Shown here piece by piece: positions 18,415-27,360 of a stretch of 64,000 nt of DNA. The DNA lies in contig CAVOUE010000003.1 in NCBI GenBank assembly GCA_963699545.1, positions 224,001 through 288,000 of the forward strand, in the 5' to 3' direction. Position 1 is the stretch's first letter. Each line of letters starts with the position of its first letter. The DNA comes from Nitrospirota bacterium (GTDB lineage Bacteria; Nitrospirota; Thermodesulfovibrionia; Thermodesulfovibrionales; UBA9159). The position numbers were made by a program, and so were the translations under genes. The notes under the pieces are model-generated. The model ran no database searches, had not been told where the DNA came from, and was given only the letters and a program-made list of their open reading frames with translations.

Positions 18415-19341
18415 GTGATGAAATGGCTATTGAATGTTTCTTTTCTTGTGGTACTGTCTTTTCTTTTTCCGTCCCTGTCCCATGCCACCACTGACTATGC
18501 GCGCCAGACAGGGATGGAATGCAGGGAATGCCATGTGGCCGCCATAGGGGGCGGGGCCCTCACAAAGGAGGGGGAGAGGTTCCTTGCCGACATGAAGCTC
18601 AAGGGCCTCTACAGGCCCCTGTCAAATGCGCAAAGAGTCGTGAGGTTCTTCATCGGATATGTCCATCTCCTCACGGCCATCGTCTGGTTCGGTACGATCT
18701 TCTATGTCCATATTCTTTTGAAGCCTGCATATGCCGCACGGGGGCTCCCCAAGGGCGAACTCTTTCTTGGCTGGATCTCGATCGCAATTCTTGCCGTTAC
18801 CGGTATCCTCCTCACGATTGCGCGGATTCCGACGTGGAAAATGCTTTTCACCACACGGTTCGGGATCCTCCTGAGCATCAAGATATTCCTCTTTCTGATC
18901 ATGGTCTCAACAGCGGTCATCGTAACTTTTGTCATTGGACCTAAACTGAAGAGAAAACTTAAGGCGCGGTGGGAGGGTGATATCAGTAAAGGGAAGCAGG
19001 ACTTGACCGCTGAAGAGCTGCGCAGTTTCGACGGCAAGGAGGGACGGCCCGCCTTCGTTGCATACAAGGGGAAGATATACAATGTCACGAAGAGCAAGCT
19101 CTGGACAGAAGGCTCCCATGCGAGAAAACATCATGCGGGCATTGACCTTACCGATGCCCTTAAGACCGCTCCCCACGCTGAAGAAAAGATACTCTCCATG
19201 CCCGAGGTGGGGAAATTGATCGAAGCAGGCCAGAAAATACCGAAACCCCTGCCCGAGCGGGTTTTCTATGTCTTCGCCTACCTTAACCTGGGCTTCGTTT
19301 TCCTCATCACCCTGGTCATCGCCCTCTGGCGGTGGTGGTAG
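18415..19341 (+). CDS. Membrane protein: c-type heme motif, CopD-like TM domain and cytochrome b5-like domain
   Basis: Signal peptide, CRECH, VHLLTAIVWFG...LLSIKIFLF, ELRSFDGKEGRPAFVAYKGKIYNVT...HHAGIDLT...APH. Confidence 0.8.
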   Translation: MMKWLLNVSFLVVLSFLFPSLSHATTDYARQTGMECRECHVAAIGGGALTKEGERFLADMKLKGLYRPLSNAQRVVRFFIGYVHLLTAIVWFGTIFYVHILLKPAYAARGLPKGELFLGWISIAILAVTGILLTIARIPTWKMLFTTRFGILLSIKIFLFLIMVSTAVIVTFVIGPKLKRKLKARWEGDISKGKQDLTAEELRSFDGKEGRPAFVAYKGKIYNVTKSKLWTEGSHARKHHAGIDLTDALKTAPHAEEKILSMPEVGKLIEAGQKIPKPLPERVFYVFAYLNLGFVFLITLVIALWRWW

Positions 19342-19368
19342 TGTCCTGTATCATTCCCGGAGAACTCA

Positions 19369-19629
19369 TCATCCCTTTTCGATGATCTCAAAATTCTTTA
19401 CGAACTGTCCCACCTGCACACCAAGATAGACGCACTTGATTCCGTTCATGCATTCATCAGCGTCCTTTTTCTCAAGATGCGTCGTGAGTTCGTGAGCGTC
19501 CTTTTTGAACCTGACGATATAGGCACTTTTCTGAGTATCAAAATCGAGGCTCACTGAGATGGCATGTTTCCCGATCTCCGGATACATCTCCGTGATCTTG
19601 TCCTTGAGCGCAACATTCGAGTACCCCAT
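19369..19629 (-). CDS. Hypothetical protein (86 aa)
   Basis: AAGGAGG RBS; coherent ORF MGYSNVALKDKITEMYPEI...DADECMNGIKCVYLG. Confidence 0.7.
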   Translation of the reverse strand: MGYSNVALKDKITEMYPEIGKHAISVSLDFDTQKSAYIVRFKKDAHELTTHLEKKDADECMNGIKCVYLGVQVGQFVKNFEIIEKG

Positions 19630-19728
19630 GGATTCCCTCCTTTAGCCGATTTTTTTAACTGATCCTCTCTTACCACTTATAGCAGAAATTTCCCTTCTCT
19701 TCCAGCTCCTCAGCTCAGGACACTTCCG

Positions 19729-19744
19729 TATGATCTAAATCATA
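19729..19744. promoter_or_regulatory. Crp/Fnr-family-like palindrome
   Basis: TATGATCTAAATCATA, followed by TATGTT at 19767-19772. Confidence 0.6.
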
Positions 19745-19837
19745 TACGCGGCATTCCTCTTTGGGGTATGTTTGAAATAGATAGTTTCTCCCATGCTGCC
19801 TGTCTCCCCCTCCTATAAGACAGGCAGCATCCCCCCT

Positions 19838-19853
19838 TATGATTTATCTCATA
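19838..19853. promoter_or_regulatory. Crp/Fnr-family-like palindrome upstream of the 4Fe-4S gene
   Basis: TATGATTTATCTCATA, followed by TATAAA at 19876-19881. Confidence 0.6.
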
Positions 19854-19895
19854 TCGCTCATCCCCCTTCTCCTGTTATAAATTAGGGGAGAGCTC

Positions 19896-20922
19896 ATGTC
19901 GGACGAAAAGGGGTATGCCATGAACGGACGTTCTCAAGGGGAGGGGGCAGTGCTCCATCCTCAGCCTTCGGGCACCGCTCATCTGAACCGTTACCGGCGG
20001 ATAACACAGCTGGCATTCATGCTTTTCATACTCCTCATCCCCGTGTTGGATATCTTCCGCTTTGACTCGGCCGCAGGGGAACTAATCGTCTTCGGACAGG
20101 TCTGGGGTCTCGGTCTCAAGCAGGGCTTTTATGCCGATCAGAGCATATCAGGGGCAGGACACGTCGCACTGCATTTTTTTCTTAAGGCGGTACTACCCTG
20201 GGTTTTGGTCCTTTCCGTATTCCCCCTCCTCGGTTATTTCACCGGGAGGTTCTTCTGCGGGTGGCTCTGCCCTGAAGGAGCGCTCTTTGAATGGGCTGAT
20301 TTTCTCACCCTCAAGCTTCTCGGAAGAAGAAGCATCTATGACAGGAGGGGGAATGACCCTGATCACCGGAAGGGCAACCGGGCGCTCTATGGCCTCATTG
20401 CCCTTCTGAGCGCGGTCATAATCCCCGTCTGCGGTGGCATCGCACTCACCGGCTTTGTGATCGCACCGAAGACGGTCTGGAATCAGGTCATGAGCGGGAA
20501 CTTCACCTTCGGGGTGAAGGCCGGCATCATCGGGGTTTCGGCCTATATGCTCACCGGCTCGATCTTTGTGAGGCATACGTTCTGCAAATACGTCTGCGCG
20601 GCAGGGCTGATGCAGACGCTCTTCGGCTGGGTCAGCCCGGTTCTCCATGCGGCTGAAGATGGACACTGAAAGGCCGGGGGAATGCACCGACTGCGGAGGA
20701 TGCGAGAGGGCGTGCTTCATGAACGTACTGCCAAGGAAGAATAAGAGGGATATTTCCTGTGTAAACTGCGGCGCGTGCATTGACGCGTGCAATAAGGAGC
20801 TCAAGGGGAGAGGCCTCTTCCATTACACCTTCGGTCAGAACAAGTGTCACGCCCCCGGGGAGAACCGCGCCGATGCCCGGGTGAAGGCCGTGCTGGGCCT
20901 AAATCGCCCGGATCGTCTTTAA
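19896..20922 (+). CDS. NapH/CcoG-like membrane 4Fe-4S protein; frameshift near 20641
   Basis: GRFFCGWLCPEG, RHTFCKYVC, CTDCGGCERAC, CVNCGACIDAC. Confidence 0.85.
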
Positions 20923-21990
20923 TGAACTGAGAAAATTCTCCACGAGGACAGGGTTGAAGTCCTTTCCCGATGCCTCTTTCATGAACTGCACTACGGTAGG
21001 ACTTTCCAGCGCCGCCCGGTAAGGTCTCTTGGCTCTCAGCGCATCAAAGAAGTCAGCAACGGCCGCCATCTGGCTCATAATGTGCTGCCGTCTTCCCCGT
21101 CGTTTTGTGTCAGGGTATCCGCTCCCGTCAAATTTCATATGGTGCTCGAAGGCCGTCACGAGGGCGAGCTTCGGGACATCCGGAAGGGCGGCAAGGTACC
21201 TCGCGCCGAAAACCGGATGGTTTTTGATGGCGTTCCATTCATCTACGTCCAGCTTCGCCTCCTTCTCCAGGATTTGCTTTGAGACGAACATCTTTCCCAC
21301 GTCATGGAGAAGCCCTGCCATGCCGGCGTCATGAAGGTCCTGACCCTTCATGCCCAGGGACTCTGCCTGAAATACGGTAAGCACCGACACGTTCGTGGCA
21401 TGGACATAGGTGTATTCACTGTAAGATTTCACCGGGCTGACGATACGAAGCACATTCGTTTCCCTCTTTAAGGTCGTGATGAAACCTGCAACCGCATCTT
21501 CCAGGCTTACCATGTCCAGCCTTTTGAATTTGGCAATCCCCTGATAGATACCCTTGACCTTTGTGATATTCTCGTTCATCAAGGTGTTCACATCGGTCCC
21601 TTCGTGACTGAACTTCACCTCCACCATTCCTACGGCAAGGTGAGGGCTCGAGACCACCTTTTCTGAGGAGGCAACACCGGCGGTGAATTGTATGAACTCC
21701 TCGGGAGTGAGCCCCTTCCTTATGATGATCTTTTCTATCCCTTTTCTCTTAAGCCTTCTTTTAAAACTGCTTATGTGGGCACCCTTGTCGGTGATGGGGC
21801 TGTTGTTAAAAACAAGGCTGTCCCCAAGGACGGTAAGGGTCAAGGTGTCTTCAGAATAAAGCCCTTCCATCACCGTAAGGGCCTTTTCGGAAAACTCACG
21901 CACGAGAGGGTGCCGCTCAGAGTACAGTGAGCAGTTCGAAAGCGCGGTCACCATATGCGAGATAAGTTCAGTTATCTTTTCCTGGGACAT
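20899..21990 (-). CDS. HD-GYP domain protein (putative cyclic dinucleotide phosphodiesterase)
   Basis: YTYVHATNV, GLLHDVGK, HPVFG, EHHMKFDGSGYP, VADFFDAL...RPYR. Confidence 0.9.
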   Translation of the reverse strand: MSQEKITELISHMVTALSNCSLYSERHPLVREFSEKALTVMEGLYSEDTLTLTVLGDSLVFNNSPITDKGAHISSFKRRLKRKGIEKIIIRKGLTPEEFIQFTAGVASSEKVVSSPHLAVGMVEVKFSHEGTDVNTLMNENITKVKGIYQGIAKFKRLDMVSLEDAVAGFITTLKRETNVLRIVSPVKSYSEYTYVHATNVSVLTVFQAESLGMKGQDLHDAGMAGLLHDVGKMFVSKQILEKEAKLDVDEWNAIKNHPVFGARYLAALPDVPKLALVTAFEHHMKFDGSGYPDTKRRGRRQHIMSQMAAVADFFDALRAKRPYRAALESPTVVQFMKEASGKDFNPVLVENFLSSLKTIRAI

Positions 21991-24139
21991 TGTCGTTTCC
22001 TTTGTGTTTAAGCAATCTTTCACTTATCGCCCTGATCTCCTTGTTCTTTGATGCGAGACCCTGATCGAGGAGCGGCCTGACAAGGGCCTGAGGGTAATTG
22101 GAGAGGCTTCTGAAGATCTCAACCTTGAGTTCTTCCATGGAGGACCTATACAGCATGGTCCAGGACTGATAGAGCCTTATGAGGGTATCCACGGCCCTGG
22201 GGTCACCGATATCCCCCAGTGCCTTTACCACAGAGGTCTTATGAAACCACTCCGTACGGAAGAGATCTTTCTTCTCAAGGATCTCCAGGAGATAGGGCAC
22301 CGCCGCCTTGACCTTGTACATGCCCGCGAGCTTCACCACCTGATCACGCAGTTCAAGGTCCTTGGAGTATAAATAGACCCTGACATAGGCAAAAGCACCC
22401 GGGACGTTGAAATGCAGAAGGGTCTTCACCGCCTCAATGCTGATCCTTTTATCCGCATGTTTCGCAAAGGGTCGGATCTCGTTGGCATATTTCACCCCAC
22501 CGCACTCCCTGATGAGGTATATCATGTTTCTCACCACATACCACCGCCCGTCATTCAGCTTTCTCACCGCCTCCGGGAGGGTCTCGCTCCTGAACCCGGT
22601 CAGCACGGAAAGATAAAATTTTCTTATGGACGGGTCCTTCTCTTCCGCCAGGGCATCAAGCAGCGGATCAGCGAGATGCAGTTTCAGTGCGCCCGCAAGT
22701 CTTGCAACTCCCTCCCGTCCAAACCTTCCCCAGAGCTTGAAGGCGTCAATCATTCTTGCTATGGCATCTTTGGAATGAAAGGAGAACTCGAGCATCCCAG
22801 CTGCTTCTGCCCGGTATTTTCCGGCAAGGGCATGGGCGTAAAGGGTGTTGTAGATATCGGATACCTCAAGGAACCTCCCTGTCTCAAGGAAGTCACCCGA
22901 CATTTCCGAAAGTCTCGTCAGAAGCGCAAGATACTCATCCCTGCCCGTGGTGTCCACCTCAAGCAATTCAAGCATCACCTCAGAAGCAGCCCTGTCAACG
23001 ATTTCGTCCCTGAACTCATCTCTCACCTGTTCAAGGATAGGGGACTTTCTCCCCTCGAAGCCGCTGAGCATTCTTTCCAGTTCCGCCTGGTATTCGTCAG
23101 TAACAAAGGTCTTGAAGTGATCCGAACTGAAAAGCCCCGTAATGCGTTCGTCGATCTCCACATCATCCACAAGTCCTTTTTTGTTTACGATCAGGTCGAA
23201 GAAGCCCACCCCTTTTTTGGCCGTGCTGAGCTTGTCGATGAGATTCCTCAGACTGTTGGGGATGAGGGAAGAATGCTCGCTGAACATGGCCATCACCTTC
23301 TCGATGTCATCCTGCCCGAGCTCTCCGAACAGTCGTCCAGCCTCACCGGCATCCATGGAGGGCCCGCTGAACGCCCTCTTAAGGAACTGTCGTTTGATCT
23401 CCGGGCTCAGATTCTGGACCATGGAGATGAAGCGGGTGAAGAGTTCACTGTTGATACCTGAGTCTTCTTTCTTCCTCAGGTAGGACGTGATCACCCTGTC
23501 GTACGTCACCTCAGGAGTGTCGTCCGCTATCTGATTGTTGATGAGATCGGCAATGTCCTCCGGAGCCACATTGAGGAGAACTCCTTCCGCATCTGAATCT
23601 GCAAGTCTTCCCTCAAGAAGACCGTATATATATTCTTCCCAGAGCTTTGTCTCGTCGCCATCCTGTCGAAGCTCCCCCTCCACAAACCCGAACTTCGATA
23701 TGTCAAGGGGGGTCAGCACAATGTGTTTGAGGCCATTTTTCTGCGCCAGCTCCGCGAGGGCCTGGCCGGTGGGGGTATGCTTCGCCGTGATCAGCTCATT
23801 GAAGCCGAAAAGCTCCTCCATCTCGAGCCCGGAGTAAAAGGTTATGGCGGCAGTTCCCTTGCCGTGGATGCTCACCGCAAATTCCCTGAAGACAGGGTTT
23901 CTCCTTTCCAGGGTGTATTCATCGACCACAAGGGTATCCTTTGCAACGCCGATGGTAATGCTGCTCCTGAGGTCAAAGAGCTTCTTAAGAAACCCAAAGG
24001 CCTTTTCTATGGATTCCCTTGCAATAGGATGCTCCCGGGGATAGAGGCCGACGCTCCTCCGCGAAATGTTCAGTTCGATGACCGCATCGGAAAGGAGCTT
24101 TGCATCAATGGGAAGTTTTTCTCTGGTCTTCTCTTCCAT
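21968..24139 (-). CDS. Large HEAT-repeat protein
   Basis: C-terminal HEAT/PBS-type repeats (LNDGRWYVVRNMIYLI, VKALGDIGDPRAVDTL); overlaps the HD-GYP start. Confidence 0.75.
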   Translation of the reverse strand: MEEKTREKLPIDAKLLSDAVIELNISRRSVGLYPREHPIARESIEKAFGFLKKLFDLRSSITIGVAKDTLVVDEYTLERRNPVFREFAVSIHGKGTAAITFYSGLEMEELFGFNELITAKHTPTGQALAELAQKNGLKHIVLTPLDISKFGFVEGELRQDGDETKLWEEYIYGLLEGRLADSDAEGVLLNVAPEDIADLINNQIADDTPEVTYDRVITSYLRKKEDSGINSELFTRFISMVQNLSPEIKRQFLKRAFSGPSMDAGEAGRLFGELGQDDIEKVMAMFSEHSSLIPNSLRNLIDKLSTAKKGVGFFDLIVNKKGLVDDVEIDERITGLFSSDHFKTFVTDEYQAELERMLSGFEGRKSPILEQVRDEFRDEIVDRAASEVMLELLEVDTTGRDEYLALLTRLSEMSGDFLETGRFLEVSDIYNTLYAHALAGKYRAEAAGMLEFSFHSKDAIARMIDAFKLWGRFGREGVARLAGALKLHLADPLLDALAEEKDPSIRKFYLSVLTGFRSETLPEAVRKLNDGRWYVVRNMIYLIRECGGVKYANEIRPFAKHADKRISIEAVKTLLHFNVPGAFAYVRVYLYSKDLELRDQVVKLAGMYKVKAAVPYLLEILEKKDLFRTEWFHKTSVVKALGDIGDPRAVDTLIRLYQSWTMLYRSSMEELKVEIFRSLSNYPQALVRPLLDQGLASKNKEIRAISERLLKHKGNDNVPGKDN

Positions 24140-24325
24140 AACGCCCGGGTCAGGCTCTCTCAAGTACCTGACCCTTATATAATACTATAATACGGCAAGA
24201 ATCAAATCTGCTTTTTTTACCATAACGGGACCTGCACGGGTAAAAGGGCTCCGACCCATCCTTCCCGTGCCTTCTCAAGTACGCACCGCGCTTCTACGCT
24301 TGGTTCGAATGGTATAATGTGTGCT

Positions 24326-25066
24326 ATGAATAGCGTGACCGCAAAAGCCCTCACAAAGGATTACGGCTCCCTGAGGGCAGTGGATGCCATAGATTTCGCA
24401 ATTGCCAGGGGAGAATGTTTCGGCTTTCTCGGGCCGAACGGCGCAGGAAAGACAACGGTAATGCGCATCATCTACTGTTTTATGCCACCGACGTCGGGAG
24501 AGGTAAAGGTGTTCGACCTGGACGTTACGAAAAATCCCAGCGGGATAAAGGCAAGAATAGGGGTAATGCCCCAGGAGGACAACCTCGACCCTGACCTCAC
24601 CGTCTTTGAAAATCTGATCGTCTATGCCAGGTATTTTGACATCCCGAAAAAGGTCTCTGCGAGGCTTGCATCGGAACTCCTGGAATTCGTGGAACTCCAG
24701 GGAAAGGTCCGGGTGAAGATCGGGGATCTCTCCGGCGGCATGAAGCGGCGGCTCATCCTCGCCAGGTCCCTGATAAACAGCCCTGAACTGCTGCTCCTTG
24801 ACGAGCCCACCACCGGACTTGATCCGCATAGCAGGCACGCTGTCTGGGACAAGCTGAACCTGCTCAAGGCAAAGGAGACGACCCTCATCCTCACCACACA
24901 CTACATGGAAGAGGCCGAAAAACTCTGCGACACAGTGGCCATAATGGACAGAGGCAAGATCGTGACCGTCGATTCACCCGGCCACCTGATGCGGACGCAC
25001 GGCGGAAATCTTGAGGATGTCTATCTCAAGCTGACGGGTCTGCGACTCCTGGAGGGGGCAACGTGA
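24326..25066 (+). CDS. ABC transporter ATP-binding protein (NodI-like)
   Basis: GPNGAGKTT, PQEDNLDPDLTV, LSGGMKRR, LLDEPTTGLD, TTHYMEEAE. Confidence 0.92.
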   Translation: MNSVTAKALTKDYGSLRAVDAIDFAIARGECFGFLGPNGAGKTTVMRIIYCFMPPTSGEVKVFDLDVTKNPSGIKARIGVMPQEDNLDPDLTVFENLIVYARYFDIPKKVSARLASELLEFVELQGKVRVKIGDLSGGMKRRLILARSLINSPELLLLDEPTTGLDPHSRHAVWDKLNLLKAKETTLILTTHYMEEAEKLCDTVAIMDRGKIVTVDSPGHLMRTHGGNLEDVYLKLTGLRLLEGAT

Positions 25067-25815
25067 ATCTTAAGAGGGCGTTCAGGGTCTGGCAGCGGAA
25101 TTTTACCGTCTATACCAAGCTCTACAAATCGAGCATAGCCCTGAATTTTGTGGAGCCGGCCCTCTACCTTGCCGCCCTGGGCCTGGGGCTCGGTGCCTTC
25201 GTCAAGGAGATTAACGGCGTGCCATACGTAAATTTTATCGCTCCCGGGATCATCGCCTCCTCTTCCATGTTCGCCGCGACCTATGAATGCACCTACGGGA
25301 CCTATGTGAGGATGACCTTTCAGAAGACCTTCGACGCGATCCTCGCGACCCCGGTGAACATCGACGACCTTGTGGCAGGAGAGCTCATGTGGGGCGCTAC
25401 AAAAAGCATGCTTTACGGCACGATCATCTTGATCGTGATAGCCCTCTTCGGGCTGGTGGATTCTCCCATGATCATTCTCGCCATCCCCGTCCTTTTCCTC
25501 AGCGGGCTGATCTTCGCGGAGGTTTCCCTGATCGCGGTGGCCACGGTGCCGGGGATAGATACCTTCAATTATTTCTACACCCTCCTTATGACCCCCATGT
25601 TCCTCTTTTCCGGAATCTTCTTCCCTCTCACGGGTCTGCCTCCCCTCGTCACAAAGATCGCGTTCTTTACGCCCCTCTATCATCTGGTAAATATCTGCAG
25701 GTCACTGGCAGCGGGAAGGATCGAAAGTGTCTGGGACATTATCTGGCTGATCGTCGTCGCGGCGTTCCTGGCGCCGTACCCCTTCCGGCTCATGAGGAGA
25801 AGGATAGTGAAGTGA
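25063..25815 (+). CDS. ABC-2 permease (NodJ-like)
   Basis: RVWQRN, EPALYL, FIAPG, FDAILATP, TPMFLFSGIFFP. Confidence 0.9.
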   Translation: MNLKRAFRVWQRNFTVYTKLYKSSIALNFVEPALYLAALGLGLGAFVKEINGVPYVNFIAPGIIASSSMFAATYECTYGTYVRMTFQKTFDAILATPVNIDDLVAGELMWGATKSMLYGTIILIVIALFGLVDSPMIILAIPVLFLSGLIFAEVSLIAVATVPGIDTFNYFYTLLMTPMFLFSGIFFPLTGLPPLVTKIAFFTPLYHLVNICRSLAAGRIESVWDIIWLIVVAAFLAPYPFRLMRRRIVK

Positions 25816-26020
25816 AGCCGAGATGAATTGCCGGCTTTCTGTAAACCGCACCTTTGAAGCCTGGCAAAAAATAGTGCTCATTATGATCGCTAATCAGCAG
25901 TAGTGACACCTGTCAAAAGCTCGCTAACAGATGCGAGATCGGATCCGTGGAAACAATGCATGTTGTCGCATTCCAACGATTCCCGCAGCGCCTCATGATT
26001 TTAGCAATTACTGAATTTCC

Positions 26021-26049
26021 TTGACGAAATGTTCCAGAGATGGTATTCT
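26021..26049 (+). promoter_or_regulatory. Sigma70-type promoter of the csp genes
   Basis: TTGACG-17 nt-TATTCT. Confidence 0.6.
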
Positions 26050-26167
26050 ATGGATAGAATTTTAGAAGTTTTTGCCGTTTATGAGGCCACAAAGACTTTT
26101 GACTTTGTGGCCTTTTTTTGTTGAGGCCTTCTGAGATTTGAGTCTAAAGAAAAAGGAGGGAGAAGAA

Positions 26168-26368
26168 ATGGAACAGGGAACTGTGAAATGGTTTAACGAC
26201 AGCAAAGGTTTTGGATTCATTACGAATGAAGACGGAAGTGAAGCGTTTGTTCACCATACGTCCATCCAGGGTAATGGCTTTAAGAGTCTTGCCGAGGGTG
26301 ACAAGGTCAGTTTTGATACTGAAAAGGGTCCGAAAGGCCCCAAGGCGATCAATGTCGTCAAACTGTAA
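26168..26368 (+). CDS. Cold-shock protein
   Basis: [31 protein letters not shown]. Confidence 0.95.
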   Translation: MEQGTVKWFNDSKGFGFITNEDGSEAFVHHTSIQGNGFKSLAEGDKVSFDTEKGPKGPKAINVVKL

Positions 26369-26376
26369 TTAACCGG

Positions 26377-26410
26377 AAAAGGCTCCCTTCTCTTGGAGGG
26401 GGCCTTTTTT
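26377..26410 (+). terminator. Intrinsic terminator after first csp
   Basis: AAAAGGCTCCCTTC-TCTT-GGAGGGGGCCTTTTTT. Confidence 0.7.
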
Positions 26411-26447
26411 ACTTACGATTTCACTTGTCACGAAAGGAGCTACTGCA

Positions 26448-26648
26448 ATGACCAAAGGAAAAGTAAAATGGTTCAACGATTCCAAAGGCTTTGGTTTTAT
26501 TACGAGAGATGACGGTTCCGACGTCTTTGTTCACCATGCTTCCATTCAGAGCAACGGGTTCAATACCCTTGCCGAGGGCGATATGGTAGGCTTTGATGTC
26601 GAAAAGGGCCCGAAGGGTCCCAAGGCAATCAACGTCGTCAAACTCTAA
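26448..26648 (+). CDS. Cold-shock protein (tandem paralog)
   Basis: [24 protein letters not shown]. Confidence 0.95.
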   Translation: MTKGKVKWFNDSKGFGFITRDDGSDVFVHHASIQSNGFNTLAEGDMVGFDVEKGPKGPKAINVVKL

Positions 26649-26696
26649 ACCACCGGAGAAGCCCCTCTGCTGTGCAGGGGGGACTTCGTTTGAAAG

Positions 26697-27080
26697 GTGA
26701 AAATGACCTACCGTGAAAAGTGTGATGCGAGAATGGAGAGGACGCAGCAGAGGCTTGACGCCGGCCTTATTTCCAGGCGCTTCCCTGAAGTTTCAAGCAT
26801 AGTCGTTGACATGAAACACCACAGGGAAGGAATAGCAGCGATTCTCGTATTGAGAACGCTCAATTTTTCGTCCGACAGTCATGCGTATTTTCATGTTGAA
26901 TGCCTGAACAGAGATTGCAAGGATTGTACCGAGGGGTTTGATTTGGAGCACGTCGTTACTGCGATGGTCAGAAGTCATGCATTCTCGAGAGAGGGGGAGT
27001 TGGACTGTAAGGGAAACGGTCTCACCTCCGGTCATGTGAACATTGACTATACGGTTACCATACAATACAATGAAAATTAA
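26697..27080 (+). CDS. Hypothetical Cys-containing protein
   Basis: 127-aa ORF with ECLNRDCKDC...DC...H pattern directly after the csp pair. Confidence 0.65.
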   Translation: MKMTYREKCDARMERTQQRLDAGLISRRFPEVSSIVVDMKHHREGIAAILVLRTLNFSSDSHAYFHVECLNRDCKDCTEGFDLEHVVTAMVRSHAFSREGELDCKGNGLTSGHVNIDYTVTIQYNEN

Positions 27081-27360
27081 GAAAACTCTCGAAGTATCAT
27101 GCTACGGCAGGATTACGGGTCATCCGTCGTTACGTGAACAAAAATGAGAAGAGTTCTTTGAAACGTTTCTTAACAAGGTCATACAGCTCATCTTTCGGTA
27201 GCTAAACTACCTTCTCAAAAGCCCTGCCGCTTCTCCCCCCTCCTTGCAGAGGGCTTGGCCTTGTCGGGAGAAAGTCTGTTCTCTCATTTCTTTCTTGCGG
27301 GCTTTCAGTAAATAAGCACTGATATTCTCTTTGTCTTTACAGAAGAAGGAGACCTCAAAG

